In this document: positions 54,024 through 63,229 of the stretch, in pieces
How the letters are laid out: each line of letters opens with the position of its first letter
How positions within the stretch are numbered: position 1 is the stretch's first letter
NCBI GenBank assembly: GCA_965226885.1
Contig: CBDDEL010000016.1
Span: 160,001 to 224,000, forward strand
Direction: 5' to 3'
From: Opitutales bacterium
GTDB lineage: Bacteria > Verrucomicrobiota > Verrucomicrobiia > Opitutales > UBA2987
Length of the DNA stretch: 64,000 bases
Made by a program: the position numbers and the translations under genes
Notes under the pieces: model-generated
The model's input: the letters and a program-made list of their open reading frames with translations, nothing else
Database searches by the model: none
What the model was told of the DNA's origin: nothing

Positions 54024-55086
54024 ACGAGCCAACAAAATTACGCCTTTTACCATGCTTCCTTTAAAAACAATCCTGCGAAATCATGCTCGCGACCTGGCCC
54101 CGCTGGCCACTCTGCTGGCTTTGATTCTTTTTTTCTCCGTTTTTGCGAGTGGATTTTTCGACCTCTATACCTTTAGCTCGGTGCTCAAGCAGGCCTCCAC
54201 ACGCGCCCTCGTGGCCACCGGGCTGACCTTTGTCCTGCTCTGCGCCGAAATCGATCTATCCGTCGCCCTGGTGGCCACCCTGGCGGCATGCCAAATGGGG
54301 GTTCTCTATAAATGGATGCTCGATACGGGCCCTGCCCTGCTCTCCTCCACCGCGCCCGATGGCAACATTACGGTCAGCCTGGCGGGTGTGCTTCTGGCAT
54401 TGGCGCTGCCGGTACTCACGGGGCTGTTCGTCGGTTTGCTCAATGGCCTGCTCACCGTATGGTCGCGGCTGCCCAGTTTTATCATCACCCTGGCCATGAT
54501 GGAGATCGCCCGTGGGCTGGCCAGCTACCTGACGAAGGGCGCTCAATACCCCGATATGCCAGGCGTTCTGCCCAAAACGGCCAATGAAGGCATCCTTCTG
54601 GGTTCCAGTTTTGAACTGCCCTATTCCGTTTTCGTTTGCGGCGGCATATTACTGGCTGCCCATATCGTGCTCACCTACACGCGCTTCGGACGCTATGTTT
54701 ACATGACCGGCGGGAACCGCGAAGCCGCACGCCTGGCCGGGGTGCGCACGGGGCTCGTGGCGGTTGTCTGTCTGGCCATTTGCGGTATGACGGCCGGGCT
54801 CGGCGGCCTTATGAACGCCGGCTGGCTCAATAGCGCAGGCGTCAACCAGAACCAGCACCTGCTTCTCGAAGCCATCGCCTGCGTGGTGCTCGGGGGAACC
54901 AGTCTTTTTGGGGGTGAGGGCGGCATAAAAAACACCTTGATCGGGGTGCTCGCCTTCACCGTGCTCGATGTCGGGCTGGGCTACGTCACCTGGGTGGATG
55001 AGTTCCTGCGCCGCTCCGTCATGGGACTGGTCCTGCTTTCGGCCCTCCTGCTCAACGGCCAACTGGCTAAAATCCGCAAGGACTGA
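54016..55086 (+). CDS. Sugar ABC transporter permease
   Basis: EIDLSV, LPSFIITL, RFGRYVYMTGGNREAARLAGV, VVLGGTSLFGG. Confidence 0.94.
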   Translation: MPERANKITPFTMLPLKTILRNHARDLAPLATLLALILFFSVFASGFFDLYTFSSVLKQASTRALVATGLTFVLLCAEIDLSVALVATLAACQMGVLYKWMLDTGPALLSSTAPDGNITVSLAGVLLALALPVLTGLFVGLLNGLLTVWSRLPSFIITLAMMEIARGLASYLTKGAQYPDMPGVLPKTANEGILLGSSFELPYSVFVCGGILLAAHIVLTYTRFGRYVYMTGGNREAARLAGVRTGLVAVVCLAICGMTAGLGGLMNAGWLNSAGVNQNQHLLLEAIACVVLGGTSLFGGEGGIKNTLIGVLAFTVLDVGLGYVTWVDEFLRRSVMGLVLLSALLLNGQLAKIRKD

Positions 55087-55390
55087 TGTCCACTCGCGGG
55101 CACATCAATATAAACAATGCCAAAGAAAACAAAAGAGCAAAAGGGAAAAGAAATGATTAGGAACCGCTTTGTCCAAGGCGTGGAGGGAGTGACAGACCTT
55201 AAACTCATACCCACGCCTCAGCAAGCGAAGGAACCCCTTGCCAGGAATACACGGACGAGACGAAAAATACGGAAATAATAAAAAAAGAACCCACACCCAC
55301 TGTAACTGAAAGCAAACTTCAAGAAACCCGACCCACACCTCCATTAATTGAATGCATAACTCCAAAAACCCCGATTTCGCGCCTTTCAAT

Positions 55391-55420
55391 AGAGCTGGTC
55401 CTACCGGTAGGACCAGCTCT
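55391..55420. repeat. Perfect 30-bp palindrome
   Basis: AGAGCTGGTCCTACCGGTAGGACCAGCTCT equals its own reverse complement. Confidence 0.9.
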
Positions 55421-55519
55421 GTATTAAACATAGGATTGAGATGAGGCCACGCCAATCATTTAACTGAATTCATGCTCATCATTGACGTGGGGAAGTGATT
55501 TCAACAATAGTATTGTGCT

Positions 55520-56686
55520 ATGACCTTCCGTTCTTCTTTTCTTCTTTTTCTGTGTCTAGCTTTTTCCTTGATTGTCCTTGAGGCTCAACCGCGGGCCCGG
55601 GATCTGGGAATTCCCTTCGATGGACAGCCCGGCCCTCTCAACGCCATAACGGACGTTGCCGGAGTGACCGTTGGGCATACTACCTTGATTGAGGGCGAAG
55701 GGTCATTGAAAGTGGGTCAAGGCCCGGTGCGGACCGGTGTTACGGCCATCCTGCCTTTGGGCAATGAGACATTGCAAACCCCCGTTTTTTCCGGAATTTT
55801 CGTGCTCAACGGCAATGGCGAAATGACCGGAGCGGCCTGGGTCGAGGAATCCGGTTTCCTTGAAGGACCGGTTATGATTACCAACACTCACAGCGTCGGC
55901 GCGGTTCACGAGGCCACCATCGCCTGGAGAATCAGCCGGGACGGCCCCGACTCGACCGGCTACTGGTGGTCCCTTCCCGTGGTGGCAGAGACCTGGGACG
56001 GCTACCTCAACGACATCAACGGCTTCCACGTCAAAAAGGAGCATGTCTTCGCGGCCCTCGAAAATGCCCGCTCCGGCCCCGTGCCCGAGGGCAATGTGGG
56101 AGGCGGAACCGGCATGGTTTGTTATGAATTCAAGGGCGGCATCGGCACGGCTTCACGAAAGCTCGAACAAAACCGAGGCGGTTACACCATCGGGGTGCTC
56201 ATTCAGGCCAATTTCGGCCGCCGTGAGGAATTGCTGGTGGCCGGAGTGCCGGTGGGCCGTGAAATCATGGAAAATCTGACCAAATCCCGGCCCAACCCCC
56301 CGGACGAAGGCTCTGCCATCATTGTAATCGCCACCGACGCCCCCTTGCTGCCCCATCAACTAAAAAGACTGGCCCGGCGGGCCACCCACGGCCTCGCACG
56401 AACAGGAACCATCACCGCCAACGGCTCCGGCGACATCTTCATCGCCTTTTCCACCGCCACCCCCGAATTTGGCTCCAATGATAAAGTCAGCCAAGCAAAA
56501 CTACTCTCCAACGACCGCCTCGATCCCCTCTTCGCAGCCATCGTCCAGGCCACCGAAGAAGCCGTTGTCAACGCCCTCATCGCAGCCAAACCCATGTCCG
56601 GCCGCGACCACCACAAAGCCATCGCCCTCCCCCACGACCGCCTTCAACAGATCCTTCAAAAACATAATCGTTTGCAGTCAAAATAG
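55520..56686 (+). CDS. dmpA: DmpA-family (P1/S58) aminopeptidase, exported
   Basis: RARDLGI, NAITDVAGV, VRTGVTAI, GGGTGM, G|S autocleavage site DEGSAIIVIATDAP, GSGDIFIAFST. Confidence 0.9.
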   Translation: MTFRSSFLLFLCLAFSLIVLEAQPRARDLGIPFDGQPGPLNAITDVAGVTVGHTTLIEGEGSLKVGQGPVRTGVTAILPLGNETLQTPVFSGIFVLNGNGEMTGAAWVEESGFLEGPVMITNTHSVGAVHEATIAWRISRDGPDSTGYWWSLPVVAETWDGYLNDINGFHVKKEHVFAALENARSGPVPEGNVGGGTGMVCYEFKGGIGTASRKLEQNRGGYTIGVLIQANFGRREELLVAGVPVGREIMENLTKSRPNPPDEGSAIIVIATDAPLLPHQLKRLARRATHGLARTGTITANGSGDIFIAFSTATPEFGSNDKVSQAKLLSNDRLDPLFAAIVQATEEAVVNALIAAKPMSGRDHHKAIALPHDRLQQILQKHNRLQSK

Positions 56687-56710
56687 AAGGCGCTTCGACC
56701 CCGGGCATGC

Positions 56711-58132
56711 TCAGCGGTGGAAGCGGAGCTTGCGGAGGCCGAACCAGGTCATTTTGAGGAGGATAAGGCCGTGGCGGAAACGGGAGATGTTGGTTTCGCC
56801 GTAGGTGCGGTCGCGGTAGCGCACCGGGATGTCGCGGATTTTCAGGTCGAGCAGGGCGGAGCCGAAGAGCAGGTTGAAATCCCCGAAGGGATCGAAGTCG
56901 CCAAACTCCTCGATGCGTTTTAATAGCCGCGTATAATCGGTGCGCAGGAGCATTTTGGTGCCGCAGAGGCTGTCTTTGATGGGTTGGCGCAATACGGCGG
57001 AGAGGGCGATGGCGAAGAATTTGTTGCCCAGAAAATTGAGGAAGCGCATGGCCTGTTTTTCCATGGGGTAAACGAGGCGGCTGCCGTTGGCAAATTCCGT
57101 GCTGCCGTTAGCGACGGCATCGAAAAACTTGGGCAAGTCCTCCGGCGGGGCGGTCAGGTCTCCGTCCTGAATGACGAGCACGTCGCCCCGCGCGATGTGG
57201 AAACCGGTGAAAACGGCGTTCCATTTGCCTTTGCCGGGCTGCTGGCAGCAGGAGACTTTGTGTGGGCCGTTGTAATTTGCGATTTCCCGCTGGATGACCT
57301 CCCAGGTGTCATCCGTGCTGTTGCCTTCCACAAAAATGATTTCCGTGCCCCTGCCCAGCGTTGGAATGCGTTCCAGAGCGGCCCGTATGTTGCCCGATTC
57401 ATTGCGGGCGGGAACGACCACAGAGCAGGAAATTTCCGAATTCAAATCGGGTTTTAATTTCGGGCGGGCCACAATGAAGAGGGTGGCTCCGAAATGCCGG
57501 AAAAACGGCAGACGCACCAGAAAGCGGTTAAAAAAACCACCGATTAGAGGGATGTGAAAGGGCAGCATCTGTTCCGTGCTGGTCGTGACCACTTCCCAAC
57601 CGGACAATTCGAGAAGGTTGAGCAGATCACCCTGGGAGAGCCAGTTGCTGGGGGGTTGGCGGACGACGGCTCCGATTCCCTGCCCCATAACGAGCAGCGG
57701 ATGCCAGATCGTATTCAAGGAAGAAATGTAGAGACGGGTGCGCGCTGTGGCTGAATTTTGCAGGTTTTCCAGGCATTTTTGAATATCGGTCAGGTAGCCG
57801 GTGAGGTAGCTGGCCACGATGCAGTCGAAGGATTCCTCGACGATTGTTTCATGCAGATCGCCCCGGCGAAACTCACAGCCGCTGGATTCCGCATCGGCAT
57901 CGGCCTGGGCCTTGGCGATCATTTTATCGCTGATGTCGATGCCCAGCCCTCGCGCCGGTTTAAGCGCTTTGAAGAGATCACCAGCACCGCAGCCCCATTC
58001 CAGAATGGAGGCGCCTGCGGGGATATGATGGCGGTGCAGGTTGGCCAATTGGCGGTGGAACCCTCGTTGCCAGCGGCGCGGGCGCGAGTCGTTTTCCGCT
58101 ACCCAGTCAAAAAATTTTCGATAATCAAACAT
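56711..58132 (-). CDS. Class I SAM methyltransferase fused to a DPM1-like GT2 glycosyltransferase
   Basis: LEWGCGAG; VVVPARNESGN, QDGDLT, DSLCGTK, DPFGDF, RTYGETNISRF. Confidence 0.88.
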   Translation of the reverse strand: MFDYRKFFDWVAENDSRPRRWQRGFHRQLANLHRHHIPAGASILEWGCGAGDLFKALKPARGLGIDISDKMIAKAQADADAESSGCEFRRGDLHETIVEESFDCIVASYLTGYLTDIQKCLENLQNSATARTRLYISSLNTIWHPLLVMGQGIGAVVRQPPSNWLSQGDLLNLLELSGWEVVTTSTEQMLPFHIPLIGGFFNRFLVRLPFFRHFGATLFIVARPKLKPDLNSEISCSVVVPARNESGNIRAALERIPTLGRGTEIIFVEGNSTDDTWEVIQREIANYNGPHKVSCCQQPGKGKWNAVFTGFHIARGDVLVIQDGDLTAPPEDLPKFFDAVANGSTEFANGSRLVYPMEKQAMRFLNFLGNKFFAIALSAVLRQPIKDSLCGTKMLLRTDYTRLLKRIEEFGDFDPFGDFNLLFGSALLDLKIRDIPVRYRDRTYGETNISRFRHGLILLKMTWFGLRKLRFHR

Positions 58133-58162
58133 GAACTTTCTGCTTCGACGCTCAGGTGCCGC

Positions 58163-58942
58163 CTACGTATTTTCCTTTTGCAGAACGATCATCACACGCA
58201 GAGCGAAAAATTTCAAAAACAATTGCGGGAGAAGGCGTTCCAATTTAAGCAGGATTTTCAGCAATCCAGTGGGAGCCATTTGGGGGTTGCTCAAACCTCC
58301 GGTCAACGGGTAGGCGAAAAAATCCCGGTAATGGACGGAAACCACCGCCAGGCCCATTTCCGCCAGAGTGTCTTCCGTCCACTGGCGGTGATTGCGAAAT
58401 AGGGCCGTGGCCATGCCCATGTTGGCAAACTCCACATTTTCGTTCAACTTTTCCTCTATAATGAAGGGCGGGTTCAGCTTCGACGGGCGGATCGGTTCAT
58501 GGTGAAATAGGCGGTAAAAAAGCGCTCCAAAAGCAGTGGCGGCAGGCTCGCAGAGTAAAATCCGCCCTCCCGGATTGAGGACTCTTGCCGCACTGCGGTA
58601 AAAATCAAAGGGCCGGCGCAGGTGATGCAGGACATCCATAGCCAACAAGTTCTCCCATGTCCGGCCCACAGCCTCCAGGTTGTAGCAGGAAACCTGCAAA
58701 TCGACATAAGGCGTTTTTTCGATGTCGCTGGTGGTGACAGACGGGTAAAAGCTTTTTATCGTCCCAATGCCGGAACCGAGGTCGAGGGTCGGACCGCTAC
58801 CGGCATTTTGCATCAGCGCATCGAATATACCTCGATAATAAAGCCGGATGGCGGGTGACCGGTCCCATTTGTCCCGGCTCTGCTGCAATAGGCTCAAGTC
58901 GTAGGTGAATTCTCTCACGTCCTGTAGGCTGCTTTTAATCAA
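58163..58942 (-). CDS. Class I SAM-dependent methyltransferase
   Basis: LDLGSGIG, DVLHHL, RVLNPGGRI..EP. Confidence 0.85.
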   Translation of the reverse strand: MIKSSLQDVREFTYDLSLLQQSRDKWDRSPAIRLYYRGIFDALMQNAGSGPTLDLGSGIGTIKSFYPSVTTSDIEKTPYVDLQVSCYNLEAVGRTWENLLAMDVLHHLRRPFDFYRSAARVLNPGGRILLCEPAATAFGALFYRLFHHEPIRPSKLNPPFIIEEKLNENVEFANMGMATALFRNHRQWTEDTLAEMGLAVVSVHYRDFFAYPLTGGLSNPQMAPTGLLKILLKLERLLPQLFLKFFALRVMIVLQKENT

Positions 58943-60918
58943 AGGGCGTCGGCCGCTACTGGTTGCGTATCATCCGTTGGCTCCGGGGCACCTTCATTTT
59001 CCATGGCCGAATCTTTTTCAACGGATTCAGCCTCCTCATCAAAATATTCCTCTTTCGGATAAAATCTGACAATCCTGCCCATTTGCAGCGGTATCAAGCG
59101 TTTTTCTTTTACCGTTTCGATTTCAAATGCGGGGCCCAGATCGTAGTTTTCGACCACATCCAATTCTCCGGTTTCGCCGTTTACATCGACCAATTGAAAA
59201 GCATAAAAGGCACTGTAGTTGCGGTGCAAAAAATGTCTCCGGATGTTATCGGGTTGGTCGGCCACGAGATGGATGCTGGCTGAGGATATGCCGTGAGTAA
59301 TTGCCATAAGCGGGCTGCGGGAGGTAAAAAAATAATCCTTTTCCGGATTTTGCTGAAAAAATTCTAATATCATTTCAGCCTCTTTGGCCGGTGTATAGCG
59401 TCCCGCATAGCGGTGATTGGAGGCCACCGGCACGGTTACAAAGATGATGAAAAGTAAGGATAGGCCGATGAGGTAATTGAGTGGATCCCGTTTCCTCTGG
59501 AGGACGTATATCGTGCCCGCCAAAGCTAGCAGGAACAATACGATAATGCCTATGCCGGACCGAATAAATGAGAGGTAATCCCGGTCCATGATGTGAAACC
59601 AGGCAGTGTAAAAGAATAAACCGCAAGTCGTCAGAAGGAGCGGTGCCGGCCATTTTTGCAGCACTACCGGCACTGCCAGAGCGGCCACGAGGAGCAAAGG
59701 AAGACAAAATCGGCTGGCCACAGGATCAGTCAGGTGGCCCCAGTGATAGCCCATGGCAAGGGCAAATGAAGCAAGCACGGCGAGTAGAAAGAAGGACAAA
59801 ACGAAACGGGGCTGTTCCTGCCGGGTGAATCCATCAAGCCGCAACACTACATAAACCAAAAAATAAGCCACCGCAACCAGACCGAGCAAAGAAAGAAGAA
59901 GGGAGTTGGAGTTGGTTTGACCGTAATGAAATAGATATTTTCCGGCATCTTGCAGGTTATCCCCGAAAAATCTGAAACTGAAGACCTGATCTTTGCCCGT
60001 GTCTTTCAGTTGCCAAAAACGGTCTTTGGACATGGAAATGAAAAACTGCATGGGTATACAGACCAGCAGCAGCGGGGCTAAAATTACCTGCCAGGGCAAT
60101 TGAACTTCTCCCTTTCTATGCCAGCCGAGAAGGACTATTAGGCCGATTGGAATGACGAAAATGACGCCTTCATAACGCGTCTGGGTAAGTAGCAGTCCGG
60201 CGTAGCAAAAAGCCGTCAAGGACGGGCCGTCCAGCTTTTGCAAATAGCGGCAGCCCAGGAGCATGGCGGCCAGTATCATAACCAAGTTGAGGATTTCGAA
60301 ATGCCCGCCGACGGCATTTTGCGCGAGCAAAGGCAGGCTAGTCAGTAGCAGGACGCTGAGTATCCCGCCGCGCTGACTGGTGAGCTTATGGCCGAATCTG
60401 TAAGCCAGCGCCAGCATGACCGGAGTGAGGATGATGTTCAGGATAAAGGTGTTAATTGGCCGGTAACCGGTCAAGTCATGCAGCAGCGATATGAGGAAAG
60501 GGTGGAAATAGGGTCTTTTATCCAGGTAGGCCTCGATGATGCGAAAACTGCCCTCGTAGTCATTGGCCATACTGGGGACCAAGACGGCTTTCTCGAAATG
60601 CATGGACATGGAGGTTCCCAGCAAAACAACCTCATCCATAAGTATTTTAAAACCAAAAGGTTCCTGCAGTAAAAGAAAACCCGTGCAGCCCCCAACAGTC
60701 AAAATCGGAAGAGGAGAGCTCCGCACTTGATCGAAAATTCCATTTAAGCCCCACCGGCCTCGAATCTTGAACAATGAGAAGGAGAAAATGGAAAAAGTGG
60801 CAAAAAGGATCGGATAACCAGCGTAGGAGACAAATTGGGCTGCCCAGTACAGGTCCAGGGTAAAAAAGCTGAAGCCGAGGGCCAGGATGACGGAAAGGGC
60901 AAGAATGACCAGTCTCAT
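58939..60918 (-). CDS. Polytopic GT-C (PMT/ArnT-like) membrane glycosyltransferase
   Basis: More than 12 TM helices, first-loop MDE motif, DKRP, TRYE; ATG 60918 preferred. Confidence 0.7.
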   Translation of the reverse strand: MRLVILALSVILALGFSFFTLDLYWAAQFVSYAGYPILFATFSIFSFSLFKIRGRWGLNGIFDQVRSSPLPILTVGGCTGFLLLQEPFGFKILMDEVVLLGTSMSMHFEKAVLVPSMANDYEGSFRIIEAYLDKRPYFHPFLISLLHDLTGYRPINTFILNIILTPVMLALAYRFGHKLTSQRGGILSVLLLTSLPLLAQNAVGGHFEILNLVMILAAMLLGCRYLQKLDGPSLTAFCYAGLLLTQTRYEGVIFVIPIGLIVLLGWHRKGEVQLPWQVILAPLLLVCIPMQFFISMSKDRFWQLKDTGKDQVFSFRFFGDNLQDAGKYLFHYGQTNSNSLLLSLLGLVAVAYFLVYVVLRLDGFTRQEQPRFVLSFFLLAVLASFALAMGYHWGHLTDPVASRFCLPLLLVAALAVPVVLQKWPAPLLLTTCGLFFYTAWFHIMDRDYLSFIRSGIGIIVLFLLALAGTIYVLQRKRDPLNYLIGLSLLFIIFVTVPVASNHRYAGRYTPAKEAEMILEFFQQNPEKDYFFTSRSPLMAITHGISSASIHLVADQPDNIRRHFLHRNYSAFYAFQLVDVNGETGELDVVENYDLGPAFEIETVKEKRLIPLQMGRIVRFYPKEEYFDEEAESVEKDSAMENEGAPEPTDDTQPVAADAL

Positions 60919-60995
60919 AGAATAATCCTGAATATTAGAAACGCGGCCCACGGATATCTCCACCCGGCCCCCTGCAATGGCCATTAGTCGCGTTT

Positions 60996-61060
60996 AAAAA
61001 AAAAGCCGCCTTCCTTTTACAAAAGGGAAGGCGGCTGGGAAGGCGGCTGGGAAGGCGGCT
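60996..61060 (-). terminator. Intrinsic terminator after the pilin gene, with its 5' arm triplicated
   Basis: On the minus strand: (AGCCGCCTTCCC)x3-TTTTGTAAAA-GGAAGGCGGC-T9. Confidence 0.85.
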
Positions 61061-61085
61061 TTGGTTAAGCGTTTAAAACTTGAAT

Positions 61086-61436
61086 TTAGAAGCTGTAGTT
61101 GATGATTCGGCCGTTCACGGTCGCCTGTAGGCGAGTCGTGTTGGTGCCGAGGGTCAAACCAGTGTAGGTTTCATCCGCAACGTTATCCAGTACGCTGATA
61201 TGCAAACCGGAACCAACGATATCGGAGTAATCAACCACCGACACGCCAGCGTCCAGCATATATTGCTGGGCTGCGGAAGCATATTGGCGGAGGTTGTTCG
61301 TGACCGCCTTATCCTGCGATGTGGCGCGAACCTTATTGAATGCCGGAATAGCCATGGCAGCCAGAAGACCGATGATGACCACAACGATCATAATTTCCAC
61401 CAAAGTAAAACCTTTATTGGCAGTTTTATTAATCAT
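61086..61436 (-). CDS. pilA: Type IV (major) pilin
   Basis: MINKTANKG|FTLVEIMIVVVIIGLLAAMAIPAF class III signal; AAAAGGAG RBS; own terminator. Confidence 0.88.
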   Translation of the reverse strand: MINKTANKGFTLVEIMIVVVIIGLLAAMAIPAFNKVRATSQDKAVTNNLRQYASAAQQYMLDAGVSVVDYSDIVGSGLHISVLDNVADETYTGLTLGTNTTRLQATVNGRIINYSF

Positions 61437-61706
61437 ATTATATTCTCCTTTTAGTGTTACTTTTTCTATAGATAGTACACCCAATACGTTATATTGGGAC
61501 TGTTCATTAAAGCTATAATTATCGTTTTGCCAAGCAAAAAATTGAGCGAAATCACTATTTATTGCTCTTTCCAACCCCGAAAACCGTATTTTTACGTATT
61601 TTTAGTCGAAATTTAGTCGAAATTACCCGAACCAGACCGCTGAATTCCCAAAGATTTCCGTTATTGCGTTTTATTCGGCTTGATAACTGCGGCCCGCGCA
61701 TAAACC

Positions 61707-62714
61707 TCAACTGACGGTGCCGATGGCCTTGGCGAAGATCATTTTCCCGCCTGCCGAGGGCAAGATGCTCTGCACCTCGATGCGGACGTGTTTGCCCAGC
61801 AGTTTCTGGCCTTCGTTGACTACCACCATGGAGCCGTCATTTAGAAATCCGACTGCCTGGCCGGGTTCTTTGCCGGGTTTTACCAGTTCCACTTCGAGGG
61901 TTTCGCCGATATTCAATTCGGGATTCAGGGCTCTCGCCAGAGAGTTCAGGTTGAGCCACTCCACATTGTTGAATTCCGCCAACTGAGCCAGATTGAAATC
62001 GGTTGTCATAAGCCGGGCCTTGAGCGAGGTGGCCAGGAAAATGAGCTTGGCGTCAACGCTCTGGCCCCTCGTGACATCGCTTTCGTGGATGCGCAGGTCG
62101 AGGTGGGCCATTTTGCGTAATTTATTGAGGGTTTCCAGCCCCTTGCGTCCTTTGCCCTGCCGCTGGGGGTCCGGCGAATCCGCGATGCGGTGCAGCTCGT
62201 TGAGAATGAATCGCGGGATGACGATACCGTAACCGAGAAATTTACTGCCGCAGATTCCGCTGATCCGGCCGTCGATAAGGACGCTGCTGTCCAGCACCAC
62301 CAAAGGCACGTCCACCCCGTGCGGGACAAAACGGATGTAGGGGATTACGAGGTTGAACTCGTCGCGCCCCCGCATGGCAATGACCGATCCCAAGTACATC
62401 ATGATGAGAAACATGGCCAGCCGCACCATGAAGAGGGTTTCCTCATCACCCTTCTCGAAAAGTGGCGATTCCGAGATAAAATAAGCGATCAGCCACCCCA
62501 CGAAGAGCCCGAAGGTCATGGCCGTAAGCCCCCGTAAAGAAAAACCTTTTAAAAAGATGTCCACCAGAACAACCAGCGCTCCGATGCTCAAACCGGTGAA
62601 CAAAATCAGGTAAAGGGAATCTTCCCAATCTTTGTTGGAATACCAGACCAACCAACTACCTAGAAAGCAGATCGATAAAAAGAATACGCGAATGATGAGG
62701 AGTGTTTTGTTCAT
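61707..62714 (-). CDS. Membrane PIN/TRAM-domain protein (YacL-like)
   Basis: Four TM helices, LDSSVLIDGRI, RKGLETL, GKEPGQAVGFLNDGSMVVV, SAGGKMIFA. Confidence 0.9.
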   Translation of the reverse strand: MNKTLLIIRVFFLSICFLGSWLVWYSNKDWEDSLYLILFTGLSIGALVVLVDIFLKGFSLRGLTAMTFGLFVGWLIAYFISESPLFEKGDEETLFMVRLAMFLIMMYLGSVIAMRGRDEFNLVIPYIRFVPHGVDVPLVVLDSSVLIDGRISGICGSKFLGYGIVIPRFILNELHRIADSPDPQRQGKGRKGLETLNKLRKMAHLDLRIHESDVTRGQSVDAKLIFLATSLKARLMTTDFNLAQLAEFNNVEWLNLNSLARALNPELNIGETLEVELVKPGKEPGQAVGFLNDGSMVVVNEGQKLLGKHVRIEVQSILPSAGGKMIFAKAIGTVS

Positions 62715-63229
62715 TACTCTAATAGGAGGAGACTTTTTCTCATCGCGATGAGTTCCAATTAATAAAGTTCAGACCGCGGCCTGTTTAATAATTGGGAGAG
62801 CATTATTGAATAAATATAATATTTTTTTACTGAACCGGTATAATATAAACGAGGTTGAAAATGGCAGAATGCCCACTCCGTCCTCCAGGATTTTCAACCA
62901 GCCAGCCAGAAAAGAGCCAAGGGCAATAAAATAAAAAAAGCCATCACCGCATAGAGTATATTCAGGTGCCGGTTGGCTCGCTTGCAGACGGCTCTCTCAG
63001 GCTCATCGTTCATGGTTGCAATAGAATGGAATGGGGAAAATTTTCAACGGTTAATGGCACATCAGGGCCGGTTTATGGATTTGGGACAAAGTGACATTAA
63101 AAATCATATTGCCGGGCTTGTAAAGCTTTTGCGCAGCCTATAGGCCCGCCGCCAGTAGTGATAATTTAGGCCATTCCGGTTGGTAAATTCTCGACATGGG
63201 GGACGCTCGCGGGTTCTACTGGAGAGATC

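Noticed and set aside
62715..63229. 515-bp divergent intergenic region as an ncRNA or small gene
   Set aside because: No recognisable RNA motif or credible ORF; most likely divergent promoters.
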